DNA from: the human T2T-CHM13v2.0 reference genome, Homo sapiens
Assembly: GCF_009914755.1 (NCBI RefSeq)
Contig: NC_060934.1
Length of the DNA: 64,000 nt
Reading direction: 5' to 3' (one strand)
Program-made: the position numbers and the translations under genes
In this document: piece by piece, positions 17,656 through 38,638 of the stretch
Layout of the letters: each line of letters begins with the position of its first letter
How positions within the stretch are numbered: the first letter of the stretch is position 1
Notes under the pieces: generated by a model
Database searches by the model: none
What the model was told of the DNA's origin: nothing
Seen by the model: only the letters and a program-made list of their open reading frames with translations

Positions 17656-18596
17656 TGAAGGCAGAAATACCCAAACAGGCTGGGAGACAGTGTGGCCTGT
17701 CCTGCTGGGTATCCAGCCCCCAAATCACTCCCAATTTCTTCCTGTCCGTTATTTTATTTTAAAATGTTATTTTAGCTTTTAAACGAGTAGTAAATTTCAT
17801 GTGCTTCAAATCAAAATTAAATCAATGCAAAAAGTCCTGTTTCTTTGCCTCCCCAACAAACACCGTGTTCCAAGAAATGCCAAGCCTGAAGAAGAATGAA
17901 GGTAGGTCTGAAATTTTCAGAGGCCCAAGCAAGACTCTGGAATCTCTCGGAGCAAATATAAACCTCCCCAGGCCAGAGCACTATTGTCTCTGAATGACTG
18001 TGACTTTCCAGAGATGCTGGGCCAGGGGATCGCCAGTTTTGGAGCGCTTTAAGAATCACTGTACGAGCTTGGTAACAATGCACATTGAGAGTGCATCTCA
18101 AGCCCAGATCTTGGTTTCCAACAGTTCCCAATAGGTAGAACCAGGGCTCTTTGGAGAAATGGCTCATTATAGGACAAAGGGCAGGAAGATACAAAATAAT
18201 CCTGGAGCACCTTGTAGTGCCAGAAAGTAAGGAAATAATAAAAATAAAATAAAACAATAAAAAAGCAAAAACCGTGTGGGTAGCTCATGCCTGTAATCCC
18301 AGCACTTTGGGAGGCTGAGGCAGGAGGATCGCTTGAGCCCAGAAGTTTGAGACCAGCCTGGGCAGCATAGGGAGACCCTGTCTCTACAAAAAAATAAGTA
18401 AATAAACAAAATTAGCTGAGCATGGTGGTGTGCATCTGTGGTCCCAGCTACTCAGGAGGCTGAGGTGGGAGGCTAGCTTGAGCCAAAGAGGTCAAGGCTG
18501 CAGTGAGCTATGATCACACCAGCCTGGGTGACAGAGTGAGAGCCTGTTTCTAAAAAAAATAAAGGGCAGGGAGAGAAAAGAAATATCCGATCATCA

Positions 18597-19206
<610 letters not shown>

Positions 19207-19293
19207 TCAGGAGAGGGGCTGGAGCAGGTGGGAAGGAGGGGCAGCACTTCAGGGACTGAGGAGCTCAAGATGAAGGCTACTTACCAGCCATGA

Positions 19294-19512
<219 letters not shown>

Positions 19513-19877
19513 TGATAGCCAGGATGGTCTCAATCTCCTGACCTCGTGATCCGCCCTCCTTGGCCTCCCAAAGTGCTGGGATTTTAGGCGTGAGCCACCG
19601 CGCCTGGCCTAAGAGTCTATCAATGTGTTGGCAGCGGATGTAGCAGCCATGCTCCCAAGCTCAGCGCCAGCTCTGGGGAAAGCCAACCTCAGCTGAGGAT
19701 ACTTTGCGGCGCTGTCCTACAGCTCCCGTGACCCTCTTCCCTTTTGCTTTTCTGCACCCACTTTTCATCCTTCCCTTGTTCCCAAAGGCTGCTTTATTTC
19801 TTCTCTGGATGCAGAAGAAATGTCTTCACGAAGATATTAGGATCCAGTGCTGTCATTCCAGAGGTACTTGCATCTTA

Positions 19878-20066
<189 letters not shown>

Positions 20067-20834
20067 TCAGACATGGGTGGGAACCTTCTCAACCCTCTTC
20101 CAAATATGCTGAGCAGGGGCCACCTGTGGGACCTGCCTTGCTCAGGACAATGCTGTTATCAACTGAAGTGCCACATTCCTGTACTCATGGTATCTGACTG
20201 ATGGTCCCTCTGTTACATATTTTGAACATCATCAGGTACAAACCCTTGGCTTTTTCTTCCCCTCCCTTCCAGGACACCTAACAAAGGCCTTCAATGGGCT
20301 TCAGACTTGACATCAGGCGGCTTCAGGCTTGAAATGAATGAGATGGAAAAATAAGCTAACTCTCTCCAGACATTCCAGCTATATACGGCTAGTTGAAATC
20401 TGTTCTCTGGCTTTTCTACCACAAGGTATCCTCTTGGGCCTAAGAGACCAGCATTCAGCAAGTCGGCCACAGAACGCCCATAGCGATATGAAAACTCCTC
20501 TATCTCATTATGATCAAATAAATGCAAATTACAGTAATCATATATACCACTATTCTATTAGATAGTAAAAAATAAGGCCAGGCATAGTGGCTCACAGCTG
20601 TAATCTCAGCACTTTGGGAGGCAGAGGTGAGAGGATTGCTGAAGTCAAAAGTTTGAGACTAGCCTACACAAAAAAGTAAGACTCCACCTGTTAAAAAAAA
20701 AAAAAAAAAAAAGTAGGCCGGGTGCAGTGGCTCACGCCTGTAATCGCAGCACTTTGGGAGGCCGAGGCGGGCGGATCATGAGGTCAGGAGATCAAGACCA
20801 TCCTGGCTAACATGGTGAAACCCCGTCTCTACTA

Positions 20835-21335
<501 letters not shown>

Positions 21336-21475
21336 TCACAGGACAGGTCCGCGCGGACAGTTTGAGGCACCCTACCTCATCCTGACATCTAGTCCCACTT
21401 CATAGAGTAGGTGCTTGGATATTTTAGCCGGGCGCGGTGGCTCACGCCTGTAATCGCAGCACTTTGGGAGGCCTA

Positions 21476-21706
<231 letters not shown>

Positions 21707-22880
21707 TCAAAAAAATTAAAAAAAAAAAAAAAGAGTGGGTGCTTGAATATTTCTTACATGCACTAATGGACAAAAGGGACATGGATCAGATGGGAAATGA
21801 ATGTTTCCTGATGGCAACCAGTTGGTTTTCACTCACAAAGGCACACAGGAAATAACAAATTGCTCTTCAATATTCCTACTGAAATTTAGTTTTTCATATT
21901 CACTTTAAATTTGAAACAATTTAGAGTTTATTCCATAACAAAGCAGGGCTCCCCACATGTTGTTTACACAGGCATTCCTTTATTACGTTTTATTTCCAAT
22001 CATCCCATAATCTAATTTCCTTAGATTCTGTCAGTGATCTGCCTTCTCCAGTTCCCAGTGGGAGATGAGCTTCACTTGGCTGTCCTCACAAACAAAACGG
22101 CACTCATGGCAACACTAGATTTAGGAAAACTTGTGCTTAGCAGAATGACAAGAAAGGTACTCTGTTATTTCTTTCTTACTAAAGCCCTAACTAAAATTTG
22201 TAAAAATAAGGACTATGTCTCCTTGCTGCCCTCAGCTGGTACCGAAAATATGGTGCTGTCTTGAAATAAGTTTGTTCAGTCCATGCTCACTCCAAATCCA
22301 GGGAAAAGTATCTAAAAAGTTCCCTATAGCTTGAAGGAGGTTAGGCTTCATTCATAAATGTGGAAAGTTTCCAGCAGCCCTACCCAATAAGATACATCAA
22401 ATGAAGTCACCCTCATCTTCGTTCTTTTTATTTATTTATTTTTCATTCCTTTTTTTTTTTTTTTGAGACAGGGTCTTGCTCTGTCACCCAAGCTGGAGTG
22501 CAGTGGTGTGATCTCAGCTCACTGCAACCTCTGCCTCCCAGGTTCAAGTAATTCTTCTGCCTCAGCCTCCTGAGTAGCTGGGATTACAGGTGCATGCCAC
22601 CACGCTCGGCTATTTTTTTTTTTTTTTTTTTTTTGTATTTTTGGAGAGATGGGGTTTTGCCATGTTGGCCAGGCTGGTCTTGAACTCCTGACCTCAGGTG
22701 ATCCACCCACCTCGGCCTCCCAAAGTGCTAGGATTACAGGCGTGAGCCACTGCACCTGGCCCTTGTCTTCATTCTTCAGGAACAGAGGAAAGGACTGGAA
22801 AGAACAAGTCTTCTTGTTAAGGGAATGGTTGGGTTGAAGAAATCACAGGAGAAAGCCCTTGTCCGAGCAGGAATATCCAC

Positions 22881-22886
22881 TTTATT
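22881..22886 (-). terminator. PHYH: PHYH distal polyadenylation signal (AATAAA)
   Basis: tttatt on plus, ~480 nt past the stop codon. Confidence 0.65.
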
Positions 22887-23115
22887 TGGACTCCATGACA
22901 CCGTTCCTATGCCCTTGACTAGATGTGAATGTATTATACATTGTTCTAGATTTGGGGGAAAAAAATCTCTTATGACATAAAATTGGTAGGGAATGGGTTT
23001 ATCAGAAAGGGGATACAAAACATACCCTAAGCTCCAAATCATTCACTTCTTCTTGGGTAAAGAGCTAACTGAATGAAAGAAATTGATTTAACACTTAAAT
23101 TAGACACCAACCACC

Positions 23116-23121
23116 TTTATT
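23116..23121 (-). terminator. PHYH: PHYH proximal polyadenylation signal (AATAAA)
   Basis: tttatt on plus, ~245 nt past the stop codon. Confidence 0.55.
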
Positions 23122-23363
23122 GGCTGCCACCCTAAATTAGTTTTCCTTAAAACAGTAATATTTCACTTTTACTGTTTTTTTTTTCCATTAAAGCAACACC
23201 ATTGTGCTGCAAAACTAACTCTATGCAATTAAGTACCTGATACATGTTTTCTGCTTTTAACAAGTGATAGAAAAGGTTACATCATCTCATTAAGAAAACA
23301 TTTTCCTTAGACATTTCGTTTGGTTTTGGTTTTCTGTTGAAAGAGTTATAGCAGATGGCTATT

Positions 23364-23417
23364 TCAAAGATTGGTTCTTTCTCCTTTCACAAGTCGAGCT
23401 CGAAACATCCAAATATC
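23364..23417 (-). CDS. PHYH: PHYH exon 9, coding part (DIWMFRARLVKGERTNL*)
   Basis: cag acceptor; 54 nt ending in TGA; matches the PHYH C-terminus. Confidence 0.97.
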   Translation of the reverse strand, partial: DIWMFRARLVKGERTNL

Positions 23418-23610
23418 CTGGAAATAATATCAAACAGAGTGGGTTTATGGAACACTTCAATCTGCCCTCCATTTACCTTCAATTTCACCATAACACAAAA
23501 TTGATTTCTAGCTTCTATGAAAGGTTACATAGGGAAAATAATCCCTGTAAGTTATATTCATTAGTAAACAAAACAACTCAACTTAAACTACTTACTCAAC
23601 TCTTTTTTAA

Positions 23611-23805
<195 letters not shown>

Positions 23806-24080
23806 TGATCTCAAACTCCTGGCCTCAAGTGATCTGTCCGCCTTGGCCTTGCAAAGCCTCCCAAGTGCTGGGATTACAGGTATGAGCCACCACTCCTGGT
23901 CTACTTAACCAACTTCTAAAACAGTGTTAACTAAATTAAGTCAGTGGGTCCCCCAGCTGCTGTCAGTTCTGTTTTATTCAGGATATTTGTTGGTGCCAGC
24001 TAACATAACTGGGTCAATGTCATGTCGGGTTACAGAACAAACAGTTCACTGCCATTTTTCTGCATAATTTTTTTTTTTGA

Positions 24081-24239
<159 letters not shown>

Positions 24240-24957
24240 TAGTAGAGACGGGGTTTCACCATGTTGGTAAGGCTGGTCTCAAACTCCTGACCTCAGGTGA
24301 TCCACCCGCCTCAAACACCCAAAGTGCTGGGATTACAGGAGTGAGCCACTGCACCTGGCCTGATGACTCTTATGTTACTTGTCTGAGCCTTTTTGAGTGT
24401 TCTACTCTTGATGAGATGATAATAGTGAACATGGTATCAAGGATTACTGCTTTGTTTGGTGGGTTTCTTCCCCCTCTGCCCTTAATAAAATAATTTAGAT
24501 GTTCTTATTTCTTGGTTCTTGTTTATTTTTGAGCAAACAGCAAGGTATGGTGGAAAGAATAATTTTCAGATTTGACCTGACTCTAAAATCAAGCTTTGTC
24601 GCTTAGCTAGCTTAGATCAGCCTCTGGGATTTGTTTTCTTGTCATTGACAGCATGGAGTTTATACTGCCCCACCGGGTTTTGGTGAAGAAAATAAGAAAA
24701 TGAATATGAATGTGCTTTTGTACTTTACAGAGAACTATGTAGCAGAGGTTAATATTGTTATTCTAAATATAACTTACAGAGTAATTAAACTAAATGTGGG
24801 AGGTATTCATTTAGCACAACCTTGACAAACCTCAAACATAATGTACATATATTTGTTCTCCCTTAAAATTTAGGATGTTAGCTCAAAGCTCCAGTTGACA
24901 AAATGTATAGGCATTTTAGGTACTGAACAAAAAGTGAGGAAGGACAAGAATTTCTAG

Positions 24958-25266
<309 letters not shown>

Positions 25267-26014
25267 TGATCTGCCTGCTTTGGCCTCCCAAAGTGCTGGG
25301 ATTACAGGCGTGAGCCACCTCGCCCAGCCATAAATACTCTATTCTATATTAATAAACATGGCCTATGATTGGATCTCAAACCTATAACTTTCCTTCTATC
25401 CCTTCAGAAGGCTTTTTTTTTGACACATGGTCTCACTCTGTCACCCAGGCTGGAGTGCAGTAGTGCAATCAGCTCACTGCAGCCTTGACCTCAAGCTCCA
25501 AGTGAGCCTTTCAACTCAGCCTTCGAGTAGCTGGGACTACAGCTATGCTCCACCCAACCTGACTAATTTTTATTTTTATTTCTTTTTTAGTAGAGATGGA
25601 GTCTCACTGTGTTTCTCAGGCTGGTCTCCAACTCCTGAGCTCAAGTGATTCTCCTGCTTTGGCTTCCCAAAGTGTTGGGATTTACAGGCATGAGCCACCA
25701 TGCCCAGCCAGAAGGCAAGGTTTTGTCTTTGATTTTCTCTCATCTCAATCTGTAGTTTTGTTTTCCTTTACTGTCCTGTGTGAAACAGGACAGCCAGCAC
25801 ACCTCTGGACAGCCCCAAGACATAAAGAAGCAGCAGGAAGTTCTCAAGCCTCCTGCACGGGGGCACAAGTGTAAATGGAAATTCCATTGTCATTTTTGGT
25901 GGGGGCTCAGCGATGTCCCTAAAATGAATCTAAACCCAAGCACTATATACTGTCAAATAAACTAGGTATGAGAATTATGAAGCATCTGAAGAAAAGAAAA
26001 ACCTGAGATTTTTA

Positions 26015-26248
<234 letters not shown>

Positions 26249-27025
26249 TTAGAAAGTCATTTATTTCACTCAGTATTTGATTTCTAAGTGGAAAGTCAGG
26301 TCCATTGCATCCTGTGTCAATCTCTTTGTAACTAAGCCTGTTTTTGTTTCCAGCTAGAAGTTAATTGAGAAATTTCAAAAGATCGTTAACCAGATGTGAC
26401 ATGTATTTTTGAAAGGTATATATGGGAGAGGGAATGGAATTATGTCAGTAAGAGGTATTTAGTTTTTTTTTTTTTTAGCATTTTATTTTCCTAATGAATG
26501 AATATCCCAAAGTCTTAAGAAGGACTGCATTCCACGGCAGTTTATCTCATAAGTTAGTTACCTGGTCCAATTTGGGATGAATTGTTATTTCAGTGGCAAT
26601 AGATTATGAAAAGAACTAAAAATACCTTGAGATAGAAAATAATGCAGACACCTTCTCTCAAATCAAAAGGACATTTAAAAGCCAATACCAGTGACATATA
26701 TTACCCCTCTTGCTTCCTTCTGAGGGTAAGGATGAAATTGCTTGGTTCTCCCTATTTTAGAAAAAGTTATAAACAGATCTAAGCTGCAAGGCAATCGTTA
26801 AAACTTACCTTTTTTGTCACAAGTGATCACACTTGTCAGAAAGACTTTCTACTTTGCCCCAAACAACAAATTTCTAGGGAGTGGAGTCACAAACTCCATT
26901 GCCTCTGTAAGCCCTGGTGCCATACGGCACTGTAACAGAGCCCAAGGCAAAGGGAAAACACGCACCCCTATATCTGTATCTTTATGAAATTATAGTAATA
27001 TTTTCCCAGAACATTAAAGTCATTA

Positions 27026-27178
<153 letters not shown>

Positions 27179-27995
27179 TCATGCATGCCTGTAGTCCCAG
27201 CTACTTGAGAGGTTGAGGTGGGAGGATGGCTTGAGCCTCAGTGTTCCAAGATGCAGTGAGCTATGATTGCACCACTGCACTCCAGCCTGGGCAAAAGAGC
27301 AAGATGCTGTCTCAAATAAATATATAAACAAATAATAAAATGTTTTAAAATAAAAGCATTAAAAAACATTGGGCCAGGCGAGATGGCTCACATCTGTCAT
27401 CCTAGCATTTTGGGAGGCCAAGGTGAGACGATCACTCAAGGCCAGGAGTTCGAGACCAGATTGGCCAACCTGGGGAAACCCCATCTCTACTAAAAAATAC
27501 AAAAATTAGCTGGGCATAGTGGCGTGTGCCTGTAGTCTCAGCTACTCACGAGGCTGAGGCAGGAGAATTGCTTGAACCTGGGAGGCCAAGGTTGCAGTCA
27601 GCTGAGATTGCATCACTGCAATCCAGCCTGGGCAACAGAGTGAGACTCCACCTCAAAAAAAAAAAAAAAAGAAAAAAGGAAAATTGCCAAGTCTATATAT
27701 TAAAACCCACAACATGATTTGTGTCGTTGTGCCTGCACCTCGCTACTTGCACAGCTCTGAAGGTTGTGCTAGTGTGGGGTCCAATAGTGTCTTTTATTTA
27801 AACTTTTGGCATTGTGCGCAGCCAATACATTGGGTATTTTGCATTAATTTTGATTTTTTTAAATTTCGCATTAAAATGTTACTAAACTCGATTGCAGAGT
27901 CTTTTTTTGGCATCCCCTTACATTTTACCCCTGGAGAGAGTGCCCCAACTTGTCCCACCCTAATCCTGACCCTGATGAGGCTGGTGGAAATATGA

Positions 27996-28187
<192 letters not shown>

Positions 28188-28195
28188 TAATCAAT

Positions 28196-28493
28196 TTTTT
28201 TTTTTTTTTTTTTGAGACGGAGTCTCGCTGTCGCCCAGGCTGGAGTGCAGTGGCGCGATCTCGGCTCACTGCAGACTCCACCCCCTGGGGTTCACGCCAT
28301 TCTCCTGCCTCAGCCTCCCGAGTAGCTGGGACTACAGGCGCCCGCCACCTCGCCCAGCTAATTTTTTGTATTTTTAGTAGAGATGGGGTTTCACTGTGTT
28401 AGCCAGGATAGTCTCGATCTCCTGACCTCGTGATCCACCCGCCTTGGCCTCCCAAAGTGCTGGGATTATAGGCATGAGCCACCGCGCCCGGCC
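28196..28493 (-). mobile_element. AluY-type element in PHYH intron 7
   Basis: Full-length and CpG-rich; duplication cataatcaat on both sides. Confidence 0.85.
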
Positions 28494-28667
28494 CATAATC
28501 AATATTGACAAGGTTAGGATCCTGAGGTCACCTGGCTTCTTACTGATAAGAGCACAGAAAGCCCAAGGTAAGCAAATATATTTCCTGGTAAATAAACTGG
28601 ACTAAAGTCCAGGTTGGTTAAAAGCCACAAATCTTTAAAATGTTAATGCAATTTAATTAAAATTTTA

Positions 28668-28904
<237 letters not shown>

Positions 28905-30044
28905 CTAGAACAAGAGGCAAGTGAAGTCTACATTTGAGGGAGTACCATAATTAAAAACATTGTCAATGGTTCATCAGGGAAAGCAAACATCAGGGAAAGA
29001 AAGCATTTCTCTCTCCCAAGAGAAATAAATGTCTAAATTAAATGCTTACATTTTTTTCAGTATACAAAAGCCTCTCAGATATCTGGTTTTTAAGAGTCAC
29101 ATTTTGGCCGGGCATGGTGGTTCATGCCTGTAATCCCATCTCTTTGGGAGGCCAAGTTGGGAGAATTGCTTATGCTCAGGAGTTTGAGATCAGCCTGGGC
29201 AACATGGCAAAACCCCATCTCTACAAAAACTGCAAAAATTAGCTGGGCGTGGTGGTGCCAGCCTGTGGTCCCAGCTACTCAGGAGGCTGAGGTGGGAGGA
29301 TCGATTGAGCCGGGAGGGGGAGGTTCCAGTGAGCCATGATCACACCACTGCCCTCCAGCCTGGACAACAGAGCAAGACTCTGTCTCGAAAAATAATGGTA
29401 ATAAAAAAAAAGAAGTCACATGTTGATATTAAAATCACTGATTTTTTGGAGGAAATGAACAGTGTGGAATTTCCACCTGCCCTTCATGACTGCATTATAC
29501 ATGAAGATCTAGCTTAGCTTTGCCTTTTGTGGTTAATGCAGGCAACCACCTATCTCTTGGGCATTTCCAGCCTGAAACTGTGAGTGTTCCCAGTGTGTTC
29601 TCCTCCTCGCCCAGAACTTTAAATAAATCCTTCATCTCTTACTCAGGAGTGTCTCTGAGAAGCTATTTCCCCAAAATAGGGGGGAGAAAATGCTCAATTT
29701 TTCTGAGCTCAAAGGCACTTATGTTACATCCAGAATAATGAAAGAATAGTAAATTAAAACACTGTGTTTGTTTGTAACTATTTCCCAAATTAGTTGCTAC
29801 TTTAGGTAATGCGGTTATGTCTTTATTAAAGAAATTGACATGAGAAGCACCTTAGGAGTCAGGGTAAGGGAAGCAGCCCATTCCTCTTCCTAAGAGCATC
29901 CCCAGTTCCTTCTGGGAATGACGACATCCCTCTTAGACAGTGCTGAGACTCTGACCCAGAGCCCTTCTCTCCTGGCCAGGGTGAATGTGTGACCCACACT
30001 AAGCTAATCATACCTCCCACTCTGCATCTGAGCAGGGTATCTGA

Positions 30045-30552
<508 letters not shown>

Positions 30553-30555
30553 TAG

Positions 30556-31195
<640 letters not shown>

Positions 31196-31468
31196 TGAAC
31201 TCCTGGGCTCAAGCGATCCTCCCACTTTGGCTCCCACAGGGTCTTTTCACCTTAGACCTAACGCGTTAATAGTCATCTCTCTGGTTTCTTTGCTTCTAGA
31301 TGCCTATACCTCTAACGCGTCCTGCACCAGAACGTGACATTACTGTCCTTGAAGAGCCGATTTGATCCCATCACTCATGAGCTCAAATGCATTTAACATT
31401 TCCAAGCATCAGCAGCTGAATGGATGAACAAACCATGGTTCACGGTGCAGCCATGCAATGGAATACTA

Positions 31469-31791
<323 letters not shown>

Positions 31792-32186
31792 CTACTATCA
31801 TACACAACAGCATCAATGAACCTCAAAATCACTACACTGAGTGAAGGAAGCCAGAACGGGACAAAAAAATCTATACTATGTGATTACATGTCTATGACAT
31901 TTTAGAAAATGCAAACTAACCTGCAGTAACAGAAAGCAGCTCAGTGGTTGCCTAGAGCAGGGAGAAGGATGGAGTATCTTGATTGTGGTGATGATTTCAC
32001 AGGTATGTGTGTGTGGAAAATGATCAAATTATACATGCAAAATATGTACAATTTACATGACAATTATACCTCAATGAAACTGTTTATTTGTTTAATTGTT
32101 TGTTTTTTAATTAAAAGCTCTTCAGCCAGGTGTGGTGGCTCACGCCTGTAATCCTAGCACTTTGGGAGGCAGAGGTGGGCGGATCA

Positions 32187-32453
<267 letters not shown>

Positions 32454-33406
32454 CTAAAAGTTTGAACTAAAAAGTTCCCATTCTTCCCCCAAATAAACTG
32501 CAGACTTGTTAGTAAAACAGTCTTTTCTAATCTGGTCCTAATGTACATTTTTGGGCTCACCTCCTCTGCTGCTCCCCAAAATACACCCCCAGCGCCCAGC
32601 CCATCTAGACTGCAAGCTCCCTGGGTCTTTCCTGTTCTTTGGTCAAGTTCAGGCTTGCCCTTGACCTTGTGCCTTCCTATATCGACTCTTCCCTATGGGA
32701 CATTGTACACTGTCCTGCAAGGCTCAGGTCAGACACCAGCCTCCCCAGATCCTTTGCTGGTCTCTGCAGTTGCAAGGAGACAATCTCTCCTTCCTTACTC
32801 TGAGAGCCATCAGTTAGTGAGTAAGACTGACTTGGTGTCTACCACACACATCTGGGGTCGAAGGGTTTATGTCTTACCTCTGCAGCTAGGACTTACAATC
32901 TCGGATCCTATACAGTACCTACCCAAGCTCCCCACCTTGGCTGGCTTTCAAACACGTGTTAAGGGCAGGTACAGTGGCTCATGCCTTTAATCCCAGCACT
33001 TAGGGAGGCCGAGGTGAACAGATCACCTGAGGTCAGGAGTTCAAGACCAGCCTGGCCAACATGGCAAAACCCTGTCTTTACTAAAACCACAAAAATTAGC
33101 CGGGCGTGGTGGTGCACACCCGTAGTCCCAGCTACTAGGGCGACTGAGGCGGGAGGATGGCTTGAACCTGGGAGTTGGAGGTTGCAGTGAGTTGAGCAAG
33201 ACCCTGTCTCAAAAACAAACAAACAAAAAAAGTGTTGAAAATAGGTGTGATGAATGTTTTCTCTGACATCCTTGAACTTTCTCTGATCCTCACTGCAAAT
33301 CTTAGGACAATGTTTTGCTCAGAAAGGAAATGCCATCTCATTTGTAAACTCTTTAGAGGTACTGATGTGAAACAGAAACTGCGAAGGAGATTCGGATCAA
33401 GACTCA

Positions 33407-33622
<216 letters not shown>

Positions 33623-34191
33623 CTACTAAAGGATACTCGAGGCCGAGTGCAGTGGCTCACGCCTGTAACCCCAGCACTTTGGGATATAAAAATATATCCC
33701 AAAGTGGGAGGCTGAGGCAGATGGATGGCTTGAGCCTGGGAGTTCAAAACCATCCCGGGAAACACAGTGAGACTCCGTTTCTACAGAAAACAAAACAACA
33801 AAACAAAACAAAACAACAAAAACAACTAGCCGGGTGTGGTGGCATGCACCTGTAGTCACAGCTACTTGGGAGGCTGAGGTGGGAGGATCACCTGAGCCTG
33901 GAGGTCGAGGCTGCAGTGAGCTATGATTGCACTGCTGCATTACAGCCTGGGTGACAGAGAGCGAGTCCCTGTCCCCCACCCCCAACCAAAAAAAAAAAAA
34001 AAAAAAAAAAAAGCTGGTCTCAGAATTCTTATCCTTTGCCTGAAAAAACAATGACCTGTCCCCAGAAGAACCAAACAAATGAAATAATGCTAGAGAAAAT
34101 CAGCCCCGGAGAGATAAACACCAAATTGGAAATCAACACACTGGCTCCACATCTTCAAATCCCGCACTCCCTTCTTCCGGGTTGCTGGTAG

Positions 34192-34558
<367 letters not shown>

Positions 34559-35179
34559 TTGTGCTTTATTCTTTTGTGACCCTGGATTGGGCACAGTACC
34601 TAGCATGCAGTAATGCATGTTCAAAAACCAGTTGCATTAATTACATTGAAGAGAGTGATATGGAGTCAAGTTTGAAATCCCCTTCGAAGTGGCTGATGTC
34701 AAAAAAAGTTCTAAGCCACGTGTAGTGGCTCACACCTGTAATCCCAGCACCTTGGGAGGCTGAGGCAGGCAGCTCTCTTGAGGTCAGGAATTTGAGACCA
34801 GCCTGGCCAACATGATGAAACCTCGTCTCTACAAAAATACAAAAATTAACTGGGCATGGTGGTGCACACCAGTACTCCCAGCTACTTGGAAGGCTGAGGG
34901 CTGAGGCAGGAGAATCGCTTGAACCCAGGAGGCAGCAGGTTGCAGTGAGTCAAGATCGCACCACTGCACTCCAGCCTAGGCGACAGAGTGAGACTCTGTC
35001 TCAAAAAAAAAAAAAAAAGAAAAGAAAAAGAAAAAAAAACACACAAAACAGGACGGGCACGGTGGCTCACGCCGGTAATCCCAGCACTTTGGGAGGCTGA
35101 GCCGGGTAGATTGCCTGAGGTCAGGAGTTCGAGACCAGCCTGACCAACATGGTGAAACCCTGTCTCTACTAAAAATACC

Positions 35180-35210
<31 letters not shown>

Positions 35211-35251
35211 AGCTGGGTGTGGTGGTGGGCACCTGTAATCCCAGCTATTCA

Positions 35252-35380
<129 letters not shown>

Positions 35381-35845
35381 TTATCTAAGAGGTCCTCACC
35401 CCCCACAACTATAGTCATTCCATGTCCAGTCGGAGTGCCCATGACCACACTGACATTTTCCCCTGGTTTGCTCCCTGAGTGTGGCTCCCGAACACCTGCT
35501 CTCCTCAAGGAGGGAGAGACCTGGTAATGCTAAGCTGCCTTCTATCACATAAACCCCTCCTGCAGATCAGAAGGAAGAAAAGGCAGAAAGGATAGGGGAC
35601 TCTCTCATGGCTGATTTTTACTGCAGGCATAGAGGAATTTCCCAGTGTAGTCCAAGTGATCTGCACTACAATCTCTGGACTTGAACTCCTGGGCTCCAGC
35701 GATCCTCCCCCCGCAGCCTCCTGAGTAGTTGGGACCACAGGTGCACATCCACGCCCAGCTTGAGGAAGGTTATTAAAATACAGAAACCTGGGTTATATTT
35801 CTCAATCAGTCTGTCTGCCAATGAGGTCTTAGATTCTACATTTTA

Positions 35846-36193
<348 letters not shown>

Positions 36194-36813
36194 CTATAGT
36201 TTGTGACTCATAGTAACAATTTTAATTGTGTTAGTAATAATAATGTCTTCCTATCAGGAATGCAAGAATCCACACTATCACAGCTAAAAAGAGCTGATCA
36301 AGCTTAGAGACGTCGAATGGCAGGAACCTTTGATATATGAACAGTTATGTCGGTTAAACTGCATTTTTGGGGAGCCAGTCATCTGAAAATTCAGCAACAG
36401 TCCTACAGTTAATATCTGAAATAATTACCACATTTCACTGTTGTTATAGTGTAAGTTATTTTAAGACTTCCTTATCCAAAGTTTGACAGTTGTACACATG
36501 ATTACAGTTAGACATCAGCTATTTTATTATTTTGTTTTGTTTTGTTTTATTTATTATGTAGAGATAGGGTCTCACTGTGTCACGCAGGCTGGAGAGCATG
36601 CCATTATAGGTTCACTGCAGCCTTCAACTCCTGGGCTCAAGTGATCCTCCCACCTCAGCCTTCCAATAGCAGGGACTACAGGTGCATACCACCATGCCTG
36701 GATATTTTTAAATTTTATTTTTAGAGACAGAGCCTCACTATGTTGCCCAGGCCACTCTCAAACTCCTGGCCTCAGAGATCTTCCTCCCTTGGTCTCCTAA
36801 AATGCTGGGATTA

Positions 36814-36972
<159 letters not shown>

Positions 36973-37724
36973 CTAAGAAAGCAAAAAAAAAACAAAAACA
37001 AACCTTGTGGGAAATCAGAAGTATTGACAACTGGTACAAAGTACAGTAGCTATCCACACAAGAACCAAGAAGGCAATAGTTTAAGAACCAAGCGGTATTT
37101 CACAACATTGCAAACAAGGCATGAAAAACCCAGCCATTGGAAATCATTCTAAATCTATAACACGGAATGAAATGGGCTTTTTCTGAGCTAGCTGGGAATG
37201 AAACCATTTTTTCTCTACAAGAAACATAGGAGTTCCGATGAGATATTAATATAGCTTTCTTGTCAACCCAAGCAACAGAAGGTTGCTCAGTGGGAGGGCA
37301 GTTTCCTCTTCCTCATTGGAGCCTCTGCATACGAAGAGTCCCATACAATTCACAGCTGTCATGAATAGCCCGGAAGAAAGCAGAATGGTGGCTTGGAGGA
37401 CATTTGACAATCGGGGACGCTTGGCACTTGACAACTCATTACTGAGATCTGGGAACCAGGAGGTGACGGGAAATGGGGAAGCAAGAGTGAACAAGCAAAG
37501 CAGGTCCCAGGCGTTAGATGAAAAATGTTAACCCAGTAATGACATGGGTCAGAGTGGCCGAGGGACACTGCATTATGAAGAAAAGGCTAACATGGGGAAC
37601 CGTGACAGGGAGAGCTGGTTTAGTCGTGGGGCCTGGGAGCTGGGCTGCCGCTACCTTGTGTACAGAACCCAGCAACGGAGAGGGAAAAAGCAGAAAGGGC
37701 TCAACACTGAGGTCGGGTGCGTTA

Positions 37725-37991
<267 letters not shown>

Positions 37992-38336
37992 TCAAAAAAA
38001 AAAAAAAAAGAAGAAGAAGAAGAAAATAAAACAACCCATGATATTCAAATTTTGATTCTGCAAAAAAAAGACTCCAAAAAATAAGCCACCTTCTACTGCT
38101 TCCTCACTTTTTGATCTCTTGTGTATAAGGAATATTGGCAATTTGAGTATGAAACCCTGGAAAGGTTATTAAAAGCCTAGCAGTCAGGCACACACTTGCT
38201 TTTTATAAAGCCTGGTATTTTTTTGTATTCATCTAGGCTGGGATTTTCTAAATGCCAGCCATTCAAGAGCCATCCTCACAACTTCTGACATAACTTGTAC
38301 TGTTATTTAGCCAATGATTTCCCTACCCTTAGTTAG

Positions 38337-38638
<302 letters not shown>

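Noticed and set aside
20291-20527. 78-aa ORF in non-Alu sequence
   Set aside because: No recognisable homology or exon structure; length expected by chance.
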